The position numbers and the translations under genes are program-made. Below, one piece after another: positions 13,930 to 24,900 of a DNA stretch of 64,000 nucleotides; the first letter of the stretch is position 1; each line of letters starts with the position of its first letter. The notes under the pieces were generated by a model. The model did no database searches. It was not told the origin of the DNA and worked only from the letters and a program-made list of their open reading frames with translations. Where the stretch lies: NCBI GenBank assembly GCA_030704615.1, contig CM060732.1:28520001-28584000 (forward strand). Direction: 5' to 3'. This stretch comes from Takakia lepidozioides (taxonomy: Eukaryota; Plantae; Bryophyta).

Positions 13930-14868
13930 GAAGTTCCTTGCAGCCAGGGCCTGTCTGGCCTCTTCCCACAATCGCAAACATTGTGTGGCCATCTCCCGAT
14001 GATGAAGTTCCTTTTTGGAAACAAAATAACCCAAAACAAGGTAATTCAAAGGCAGTTGCAGTTGGCATGAGCTCATCAAAGGGCATATGTCTGGATAATG
14101 ATCTGGCATACATAATACACATGACATCGGAGAAGGCCCCCTTGGCCAAAGTGGGGGGGTTAGGGGATGTACTAACTGGTCCTGCTCGGGCATGACTTGA
14201 AAGGGGACATAAAGTGGAGGTGATGCTACCTTTCTATGAGAAGATACCTAAGGATGAGATCGAGGGCCTTGTTCATGTCGTCTCATATTCATCATATCAT
14301 AGGGGAGAATTGGGTGCCCATTCACATTTATCGTGGTAAGGTCTTGGGAGTACACATTCTATTTGGAGCCAAACAACCAATTTTTGAAGGGGTCACAAAT
14401 CTATGGAGGGTCTTATGATGACCTGGAAGCATATTTGTTTTTCAGCTGTGCCAACCTTGAATGGATGCAGGTCTGAGCTGTTGCCCTTCACAATTTGGTA
14501 ACTTGATATGTTTGCTCCATCAACCCCTTGTGAAATCGATTATATTATAATTAGGTCAGAAATGGAATTAATGTTTTCTACAAAGCTAGATACTAGATAG
14601 TGTAAAGATTGTTCAGACAAAAGTGTGGCTAGTTTGATATTGCTGCAGTCCAAAGGCCCAAACATTCAACCTTAGGAACTTTGTTCATTAATGAGACTTT
14701 ATTCATATTTGTTCATATTTGAGACCACTAACCCATCTATCTCACCCCACTTTTATCGTTCTTCTTATACACACAGATCACAAGAACCCAACCAGACATA
14801 ATTCATATCCATGAGTGGCAAATACTTGGCCTGGCAATGCTCTACTGGGACATGTACCACCACATATA
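13930..14868 (+). pseudogene. Starch synthase (SS6-like, GT5) 5' gene fragment with intron, stop and frameshifts
   Basis: WPSPDDEVPFWK; IIHMTSEKAPLAKVGGLGDVLTGPARA*LERGHKVEVMLPFYE; IYGGSYDDLEAYLFFSCANLEWMQ followed by a GT..AG intron and QPDIIHIHEWQ...LYWDMYHH. KVGGL ADP-glucose motif present; the C-terminal half is absent. Confidence 0.85.
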
Positions 14869-15435
14869 TGGTGAATATACCAGTTTCAGGCCCTGCAAGA
14901 CTATGTTGTATGAGTTTAATCAGCTGGAAGTAATCTCTGCACAATGTTTTTTTCAAGAATGTATCTTCGGATATATGGTCGTTATCCTGAATTATATCAA
15001 GATGTTAATGTCCATAGTAAACCTCGAAAATCTGGGCATGTGCAACACTTTAAATTGCAAGATATGCTTTGAATAAAGACAAAATAAATTATGAACGCCG
15101 GAACAAATATGCATTAAAAAAACAACAATATTTTTTTCATAAAAACATTACAAATGAAAATCCAAACAATTTGAAATCTAAACCAATCAAAAGCAAAGAT
15201 AAAAGAGAAATCATGTAAACAACATTCATAATCCAAATCTAGTTGTTATATCAAAACGAGCCACAATTTCTCTCTCTTTTGATGGATCTTTTTTTATATT
15301 TTTTCCAAGGCAATGTCCCCTTTCTCAGCCTCCATGGCTTGTCATGTGAGGTTATTTTTCCCTCAGCAATATATTTTGGTCTATCCCATACATTGTGTTT
15401 TATTTGAAAAGAAAAACGAGCCACATAAGTTACCC

Positions 15436-15660
15436 ACCTAGGGTTGGTAGCTCGGTTGGATAAGTGCACTGTGTGTCACCCTTGCAAGGTTCAAATCATA
15501 CCACTTTGGTCCTGCGGGTCCTGACCGGTTGGTCTGGGGGTGACGTTTCCCCCTAGTGTGCCCAATGCCTTATCTTAAAGGGGGTTAATTTTCCCCTTCT
15601 CAAGGGTCTGAAATGTAAGCAGTCACTCCCAGGTTTCCTTTAAATATAATCTAAAAAAAA
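15436..15660 (+). mobile_element. tRNA-derived SINE
   Basis: A box TAGCTCGGTTGG (15448-15459), B box GGTTCAAATC (15488-15497), A-rich tail. TTACCC on both flanks is a possible TSD. Confidence 0.65.
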
Positions 15661-15982
15661 CATTACCCTAAGTTAGATGGGTGACATGGGCCCAAAGCTG
15701 AAAAAACCATTGGCCCCTAACAGAAAAGTCGATTCAAAAGCTGAGACAGATGCAAAATGGTTTCAACTGGACATGATCTTGTTATCTAACCTCCACCCAA
15801 AAAGACAAGTGCTACCCAATCCAAAAAAATCTTTAAATCCCAAAAATCTTTGTCGTTCAATGTGGAAGAGGATACATATTTATTATTAGGAACACAAATA
15901 TGTGAAGTTTTTGAAGGGTTTGGGATGAAATGATAACAACCATCCATTTTGAGAATTATTGAAAATAATAATTTGTCGATAC

Positions 15983-17040
15983 CCTAGGGCAAATTGGGAG
16001 AACAGTAGTAGTGGTGAAGGGTGCCGCTTGGCACTCGTGGGCCCATGGGTACCAGTGGTACCCAGAGGCGTATGAGGTGCCTAGGAAGCGGGAGGGAGAC
16101 TGGATTCGAGTTTGTTGTTTGTTGGTGATGATTGCAGTGAGGGATCGGAGCGCGGTGAGTGTATTGCTTTGAAACATTTGTGAATAGATGTGATAGGGAT
16201 TTAAAAATTATTTTGAAGGGTAGAGATGTTGGCATTATGGATGCCTCATCTGGTGCCAGTAGATATGATAGTGAGTGGGCCGGTGCCCCACCCTCATCGG
16301 CGGATGCCAACGATTAATGGTGCGTATTTTTTACGTTTTTCTAGAATAGAGGCGTTAGGGAAGCAGTCGTGGCAGTATATGAATTTTATAAAATGTATGG
16401 TGATGTCTGATGATGGTGCATGAGGGGGGGGGGGGGGGAGTTAACGGGGAGGCCCTGGACTATGAGGATGTCCGGGCATAGTTTAGCGGGGCATGTGCAG
16501 GACCCGCAAGGTTGACAGATACATGGAAGGAGCCAAGTACGTACTGTATGGTCTGGAGGCTTACCCTGGTAGGTCCCAGCGTTGATGAGTGTAAACCATC
16601 TGGTTGCACTACATTGTAAGAGAAGTTTGTGGATGTGCCATACGGCGTGATTATGACGAGCGATTCGCAACCCGTGGATGACAGGGTGTGGACATTCGCT
16701 GAGAATACGAGGCCAGGTATCACGTTTAGCATGAAGGTGTGAACAAAGTGGGCAGTGTGGGGATGGGAATAGGGTTGGCCAGAAGGTGTGTTTGCGTTGA
16801 TGGCCCATATATTGGGCGTATCTAAATTTGAGTGTTTGCCTTATTTGTGTATCTGAGGCGGCTTTGGAGTTCCAGAAGTGGTTTGATAATTTATGGTGCA
16901 GGACATTGGAAGGGGTCCATTTTTGGATATGAAGCTTGGTATGGTTGAGAGAGGTTGAGGCGTGTTTTTTGGCTTCTTTAGTGAGGGTTTTAAGGAAGTT
17001 GTGGATTGGACGAGGTGATGAAGGGTCAGGTACTGGCAAA
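15983..17040 (-). mobile_element. 3' fragment of a non-LTR retrotransposon with a restriction-like endonuclease (RLE)
   Basis: CPLC..H....TWPRILSEC zinc knuckle, RHN, PDILIV. After a frameshift in the poly-G run: IHFIKFIYCHD...EKRKKYAPLI...GW..PLTIISTG. Confidence 0.75.
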
Positions 17041-17797
17041 AATGGTGTGCATGACCGACATGAATGGGGTCGACCGGTGGGTCAACTGAGGGTTTGGAGG
17101 CCCCCAGCTGGGCTAAGAGGGGCACTCGTGTATCAGCATGTCATCTGTCTCTCTTACCTTTGGGTTTGGGCTCTACCCCTATAATGCCTCCATGGCGAAG
17201 AAATGGGTTTTTTTTCCCCACCTCAAGGGTCAATTGCTTGGGCTGGTGTTTGTTTTGAAACTAAAAAGAAAAACAATAAGAAAAAAATGATTGACCTACA
17301 AAATCATATTGAAGTTGGCACATATGTCAAAGTACTAAGTGATAAAAATGTGTCAATATGGTTATGTACCTACATCAAATATGATACCACTGTAAGAGTA
17401 TCAACGTATAAGAGTTTGATATATTAAACGTCTATCAAACAGACATCCCAACTTCGACATGATACCTTTATAAGAGTATCGACAAATTATTATTTTCAAT
17501 AATTCTCAAAATGGATGGTTGTTATCATTTCATCCCAAACCCTTCAAAAACTTCACATATTTGTGTTCCTAATAATAAATATGTATCCTCTTCCACATTG
17601 AACGACAAAGATTTTTGGGATTTAAAGATTTTTTTGGATTGGGTAGCACTTGTCTTTTTGGGTGGAGGTTAGATAACAAGATCATGTCCAGTTGAAACCA
17701 TTTTGCATCTGTCTCAGCTTTTGAATCGACTTTTCTGTTAGGGGCCAATGGTTTTTTCAGCTTTGGGCCCATGTCACCCATCTAACTTAGGGTAATG

Positions 17798-18022
17798 TTT
17801 TTTTTAGATTATATTTAAAGGAAACCTGGGAGTGACTGCTTACATTTCAGACCCTTGAGAAGGGGAAAATTAACCCCCTTTAAGATAAGGCATTGGGCAC
17901 ACTAGGGGGAAACGTCACCCCCAGACCAACCGGTCAGGACCCGCAGGACCAAAGTGGTATGATTTGAACCTTGCAAGGGTGACACACAGTGCACTTATCC
18001 AACCGAGCTACCAACCCTAGGT
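17798..18022 (-). mobile_element. Mirror copy of the SINE
   Basis: Reverse complement of 15436-15660. Confidence 0.65.
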
Positions 18023-18588
18023 GGGTAACTTATGTGGCTCGTTTTCTTTTCAAATAAAACACAATGTATGGGATAGACCAAAATATATTGCTGAGGGAAA
18101 AATAACCTCACATGACAAGCCATGGAGGCTGAGAAAGGGGACATTGCCTTGGAAAAAATATAAAAAAAGATCCATCAAAAGAGAGAGAAATTGTGGCTCG
18201 TTTTGATATAACAACTAGATTTGGATTATGAATGTTGTTTACATGATTTCTCTTTTATCTTTGCTTTTGATTGGTTTAGATTTCAAATTGTTTGGATTTT
18301 CATTTGTAATGTTTTTATGAAAAAAATATTGTTGTTTTTTTAATGCATATTTGTTCCGGCGTTCATAATTTATTTTGTCTTTATTCAAAGCATATCTTGC
18401 AATTTAAAGTGTTGCACATGCCCAGATTTTCGAGGTTTACTATGGACATTAACATCTTGATATAATTCAGGATAACGACCATATATCCGAAGATACATTC
18501 TTGAAAAAAACATTGTGCAGAGATTACTTCCAGCTGATTAAACTCATACAACATAGTCTTGCAGGGCCTGAAACTGGTATATTCACCA

Positions 18589-19527
18589 TATATGTGGTGG
18601 TACATGTCCCAGTAGAGCATTGCCAGGCCAAGTATTTGCCACTCATGGATATGAATTATGTCTGGTTGGGTTCTTGTGATCTGTGTGTATAAGAAGAACG
18701 ATAAAAGTGGGGTGAGATAGATGGGTTAGTGGTCTCAAATATGAACAAATATGAATAAAGTCTCATTAATGAACAAAGTTCCTAAGGTTGAATGTTTGGG
18801 CCTTTGGACTGCAGCAATATCAAACTAGCCACACTTTTGTCTGAACAATCTTTACACTATCTAGTATCTAGCTTTGTAGAAAACATTAATTCCATTTCTG
18901 ACCTAATTATAATATAATCGATTTCACAAGGGGTTGATGGAGCAAACATATCAAGTTACCAAATTGTGAAGGGCAACAGCTCAGACCTGCATCCATTCAA
19001 GGTTGGCACAGCTGAAAAACAAATATGCTTCCAGGTCATCATAAGACCCTCCATAGATTTGTGACCCCTTCAAAAATTGGTTGTTTGGCTCCAAATAGAA
19101 TGTGTACTCCCAAGACCTTACCACGATAAATGTGAATGGGCACCCAATTCTCCCCTATGATATGATGAATATGAGACGACATGAACAAGGCCCTCGATCT
19201 CATCCTTAGGTATCTTCTCATAGAAAGGTAGCATCACCTCCACTTTATGTCCCCTTTCAAGTCATGCCCGAGCAGGACCAGTTAGTACATCCCCTAACCC
19301 CCCCACTTTGGCCAAGGGGGCCTTCTCCGATGTCATGTGTATTATGTATGCCAGATCATTATCCAGACATATGCCCTTTGATGAGCTCATGCCAACTGCA
19401 ACTGCCTTTGAATTACCTTGTTTTGGGTTATTTTGTTTCCAAAAAGGAACTTCATCATCGGGAGATGGCCACACAATGTTTGCGATTGTGGGAAGAGGCC
19501 AGACAGGCCCTGGCTGCAAGGAACTTC
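18589..19527 (-). pseudogene. Mirror copy of the starch synthase fragment
   Basis: Same lesions; identical ORF 19262..19633. Confidence 0.85.
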
Positions 19528-21788
19528 TTGTATTGGGATTTGGTTGTGAGCCTCCTCCACTTTCTCTTGTTGCGATCTCTTCACAAATCTCAAGCATTAC
19601 GGAGAAAACATCAAGTTTGCACAAACGGGGCACGTTCTAGCTAAGAGCACTTGGCAGGTATTCGATAACTCGTACTTAACTTACCCAGGGCAAATATATG
19701 GATACTCGTTATTAGACCCAAATTAACAAATCCAAAATGTGCATGTACTCTTGTTGAACGCAGTAGGTATCCTGGTAAGTCCTTCATTTGATTATTGCAT
19801 ATGTGTTGGAACACCTTTCCAGTGAGTGAGAGCCTAGGAAACTGTGAACTCACCTTAAGAAAGATAGAACGAAATAGCCACATCAAATGTAAGGAAAAGC
19901 TTTCAAAGATGAAAACCAAGACTGATCATCAAGGAAATTCACATAGATAAAGAACCAATAAATAAAGGAGTAAACCTTAAAATGAACTATCTAATAACTT
20001 GAGCAGGTCAAATTACCCAAATCAACTATCTCTATCACCGTGACCAGCAGTTGTAACTCCCTACTCACTTCATTAGGGAGCAACAAAGGGTGCAAGAGTT
20101 TTTATCAACACAGGAAGACTCACCCAGGACATAGTTTGAGCATTCCAATAATAGATGATCCCATACTTGAGCACGAAAAGAAATAGAGCTAGAAAGTCAC
20201 ATAACGTGGAAAGAAACGAAATGAAATGGAACTTCGATCAACCGCAGAAAGCTCAAACAGCTTGTGGGACAAAAGGAAAACAACAAACAATAAAGAGAAT
20301 AAAAGATAGAGTGTGAAGCCAGAAGCAGCCCAAAAGCAACTACTACTCAAGGGATCGCCTGAGGGTCAAAGGTTTGTGCAAATAGGCTGGAAAGCATTTC
20401 TGTGGCTCAGAATGGAAGTAGTTTGTAAGAGATTGAGTTTCACGGAACAGACAGTGGAGTTTCTTAAGGATCTCATAGTAAAGAGGGCAGTAAAGGAAGA
20501 AGTATTCCTCACTTTTGATGCATCAGTTGGGCGCGGTGCCTTAGTGGCCATAGGCGGTCTTCAGGCTGCGAGTTTTCCCACTTACTAGTCTCTACCTGTA
20601 AATTGTGGGAGCCCACCTAGAATCGCCCCAATGCCCTCAGAAGAGAGGGAGATAAAGGTGCCGATACTATTTAGGCCGCGCATGATTCTATAGAAAAACT
20701 TGTTCAATTTGAGTGAGTGTCCAAGGGACACAAGTGGAACAACATAGAACCAACCACATATCCACAGGGTACAGAAGTCAGCTCTTCAGAGATATCGTAA
20801 ATACTAATCAGGAAGTCAGGTGATTGTGTTTGGCATCTAAGCCCACCATACTCAGGCGCAGAAAAAGGAGACAATGGGCCATATGCTGTAAAATTCCCTT
20901 TCAAGATTGTGATCAAAGCTTCATTTACTGCAATGTTTCAGAATTTGTCATATAAAAATTTTGAAATTGGGATAAAGTACAATTGCAAGAGACAAGCCAA
21001 GAAGACATCAGACAAGGGAAAAAGTTCATCATATCCACTCCATGCCCAGACGACCCAAAAAAGTTTTCAGACATTCCCCGATTCAAAAACCTTTGAAGTA
21101 CTACATCTTCGACATAATCACATCTATAGGATGGCCAAGGGACACAGCAGAGAGTGGTAAACTGTGCTTTGCATTAGCATTGTGGTGGTAGACAAACACC
21201 TGGTTTAAGATGTGGAAGTGAGAGACATATTGTTGGAAACATAGAAGATTCTTATGACTCAGAGATTCCACCACTCGCTTTCTTTAACTGAAACTGCAAC
21301 AAACTGGAAAAGAGGAAAGGAGTGAATCCAACCTCCGAGATAGCATTTTGTAGTGGATTTGAACAGGGCAGATAAACTCGATCCCCCCCAGTTTGGGTCT
21401 CATCCCACACTGCGCTAGATGTGACTCTGGCTCTAGAAATCCATTATGATGCGCACCCGGTCCCCACGATGCACAGCCAATGCTTTCAATATCTGAGCTG
21501 TATCCTCCACCTTTGGGTCCTGCAACATCTTCCAATATTCTGGCAGTGTCATCGTTCTCTAGGACTTTCTTAGACCCTCCATGGACCCTGCTTCAGGTCT
21601 GTTTGTTTTGCAGACCTTGACATGTAATGCAATAAGCTTGAGAATGCCCTAGTGACATTAACCAAAGGTCATGTGGCAAATCCATATCTGTTGACAAACA
21701 ATACTTCATAGGATCTGCTCTGACAGATGAATATCGGAACCCTGGTGGGCAGAGAATGTTTTTCAAGGAACACATGCAAGCATAGTAC

Positions 21789-21930
21789 ATCAGCTTCTTG
21801 GTTGGAAAGCAAGAAGAAGGCCGTGGCTCGGGCTGCAGACACCCTCTCTACGTCTGATTGCCGCATTGACGATCCTTGTATAAACTTCACGAGCCCATGA
21901 TAGAGTGGAACTACTCGTTTCATTTCAAAC
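21789..21930 (-). pseudogene. Mirror copy of the BK-channel-like exon
   Basis: Identical ORF 21669..21923 on the minus strand. Confidence 0.5.
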
Positions 21931-24900
21931 CTGCCAAATCACTCAAATACACTAGTCAGGACTGGATCCCCAAGTTCAAGTTGGAGGCACTTGAGAGATT
22001 GCTGTGTGTTGATATCTCGCATTTTTTGTCTACACATCGTTTAGTACCAGAGCACCACATTCAGGTAGACAACAATATTTTTCAACTACAAATGCAACAG
22101 TAATGTGCACTAAAGAGGACATTTCGCAAAGCATACATGTGCCAACTTACGAGGGGCTGACGCATAGCGGATACGATTCAAGGTTATTGAAAACCCCGAT
22201 CTGTCCCTCTTAGTCTTATTCAAATGCGAAATCTCATTTGAAACTTTATCTAGGCCACAGACCCAACTTCCAGCTTCACTGGGCATGATGAATATCTTAT
22301 TCTACCTGTAAGAAAAATATGACATAATACAATCCGACTTTTCCAAAAGGCTCCAATGCACTTCCATTCAGTGTAAAGACTTGTTCCGTTTACTAGTTTG
22401 GAATAATCAGCATTCCCTACACACTCGTGGGCGAACATTAAAAAATGATTTCTTTTTCTCCCCATGGTTTTCATAGAGAGTATGAAAACAACCATCAAGT
22501 CTGTACCAACACTAAACAAAACAACCAACCACCCATCAAGGCACCTGCATCTCGGAAAAACTGCAAGTAAATCCATAGATACCTTCACAATGACTAGGAT
22601 TGTAGAACTTTGCAAGACAGTCTCAGACAGTATTGAATGAGATGCTTCCAGCAACTATAAGATACCGTGAATCAATCAGCTTCCTTCCATTAAAGGAGCC
22701 TCCATACGGCTTGCATGCATTGCCTTGAGCTCATTGTCATCATATTCCAAAGATGCCCCTACTCTACAATGTTACATCTCTCGGAAACCCATCTCCTCAT
22801 TATTTGCCCTCAATTTCCCCTTCCATTTGTCTGCTTTGCTAGAAACAGATTGGAGAAAAATTTCCATGGATAACTACTACAAAATCCAACAATCAAAACA
22901 GACTCTCATGCCAAACTAATGCAGACCATCCTTTATCATACCATTCAGCACGTCATCTTCCTTCATTCCTGCGTACCATCAGTGGTTTACCGCTTAACAG
23001 GTTACTATCTGGTGAAGTCCCTTGGTAGATGAAATTCTTCACACATCAGTACATGCAGTAGCCTTATGGCCATTGATCCCACATGATACAATCCGTCCTA
23101 ATTGTGTAAGATTTTTTCTATTAAACTGCCATAGTTGTGACTACAATCTCCTATTGGTGAGGTTGGGATTCTCTCTTCCTGCTCCAAAGCATAAGAGGTA
23201 TATTTAATTGCAGAAAGTGTGACTGTCAAAGTAGTTCAAATTGTAATATTTCTTGAGAGGGGAGCTGCAAATGTGATACTAGTGTAACCACCATCACTAA
23301 TCTCAACATACGAACAGACTGTCATGATTCCTCTGCTAGTGACAGTCAAGAAGGCAATGATTATAAAGAATGGTCGATATCATGACTTCTTTGTAGCTCA
23401 ATATGTAGATGCCTCAAACACAAGAATGTATGGATCAAGCAAGGTGAGATATATCATCCATAGGAGAAAAACTAACATGCCAGGCATACCTCCAAGATGC
23501 TAGGTACGTGATCCGACCAATTCGAATGGGCAAAGCAACAAAGGTGCCGATGATTGCTACCATTGTCTATTGTATATTAATGATACATGTATACAACGTC
23601 TACAACTTTGACAACCTTTGCTATATGAGGTTATATATAAGGTCTTATTGGTTATATGATATACTTATAAATGACCTACATAATATTGGGGGGTACATGT
23701 ACATTGTAAAAACCCTAACTGTCAACGTTTTTCATCCAGCGCATGTGCATCATACAACGCACCGACATCATGATGATCACCTGAGATCATCCATGGACCA
23801 TCCATCCATCCATCCATCATCCATCAACCGACATCATCAATCATCCATCGACATCATCCACCGCACAAACATCATCTTGCGCACATTTAACATCCAAAGC
23901 ACCTTTATCATCGTGTGCCATTTGTTTTTTATACTACATGTTTTTTGGAGAAAAGACCTGGCCAACTGCAAAGATGCCTTCATTCAGTGGTGGATCCTCC
24001 ATCATCGTGTGTCATTTGTTGTTTATACTGCATTATTTTCTGAGCACGGACCCGAACAGCAGAGATGCCTTCAATTAGTGGCAGAGATGCCATGAATCAG
24101 CGTTGGGTCCTTGATCTGGTGGTCTTTTCTGAAGCCGTTGGGGAGAAGCTACTTATATCAGCCGACCATGTGCACTGCGCTTCTACAAAGGCATCGAGGA
24201 AGGGAGTTTCACGGATTGGGGCATCCCGAGTGGTGCTGGTAGAAGTTCCCTGGAATGGAGCAGTTTGTGGGCAGGCAACCAGCGGAGTTTTGTGAATCGG
24301 ATAGTACAAAAAGGTTGTACTTTGCAAGACTGGTGGCCACGCACACTACTATCACTTTGATGAATTGTGCATTTTTGGTCTCTTTCTGTACACACAGGCT
24401 CTAGAGCAAAATGCATGATTCATCAACAGAAAAGCAGTGAGTTTTGAAACTGCTGTTTGACCACACTACTGCTGGTGAGGGCTATACCAGTATGCTCCGG
24501 GATGCGAAGTAGAAATATAGGGACAGGTTCTTCCAACCTAGCCATCTTCCGGATTCTTGGACTAACAGCTGTTGTTTTTTCCTCAAATTCAAGGTAGGTT
24601 CTTCACCTATCATGAAGCTCCAGATCAACCCTTCAACCTGCACAACACCTTAACAATAAACCGTAATATCTTATGTATATAGGCTCATGCATGGTCTGAT
24701 TTCGCAGTTAATTTCCAATTCAAAGAGTGCAGCCGATGTACCATGTTATGCTCCCTTCTATTTAATTTCTTTAAATTCCAGTTTCCTGTCCACGTTGAAC
24801 TGGGCGCCGTTATGTAAATTGAATTTGTTAAGTCTTGTATGTATTTATGAATGATGCTATATAATATTTTATATATAGAAGAAAGGAATTCATAAATATT

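Larger units (their letters stand above)
5812..15982 (+). repeat. Left arm of the giant inverted repeat
   Basis: Reverse complement of 17476-26975 plus 49876-50684. Identical mirrored ORFs, e.g. 15677..15889+ and 17569..17781-, 13824..14195+ and 19262..19633-. Confidence 0.97.

Noticed and set aside
15436-15510. tRNA gene
   Set aside because: A and B boxes are present, but there is no complete cloverleaf, and an unrelated body and A-tail follow, so it was called a SINE.
23508-24095. 195-aa His-rich ORF (and its mirror at 9364-9950)
   Set aside because: It arises from (CATC)n low-complexity DNA and is frameshifted in the other arm.
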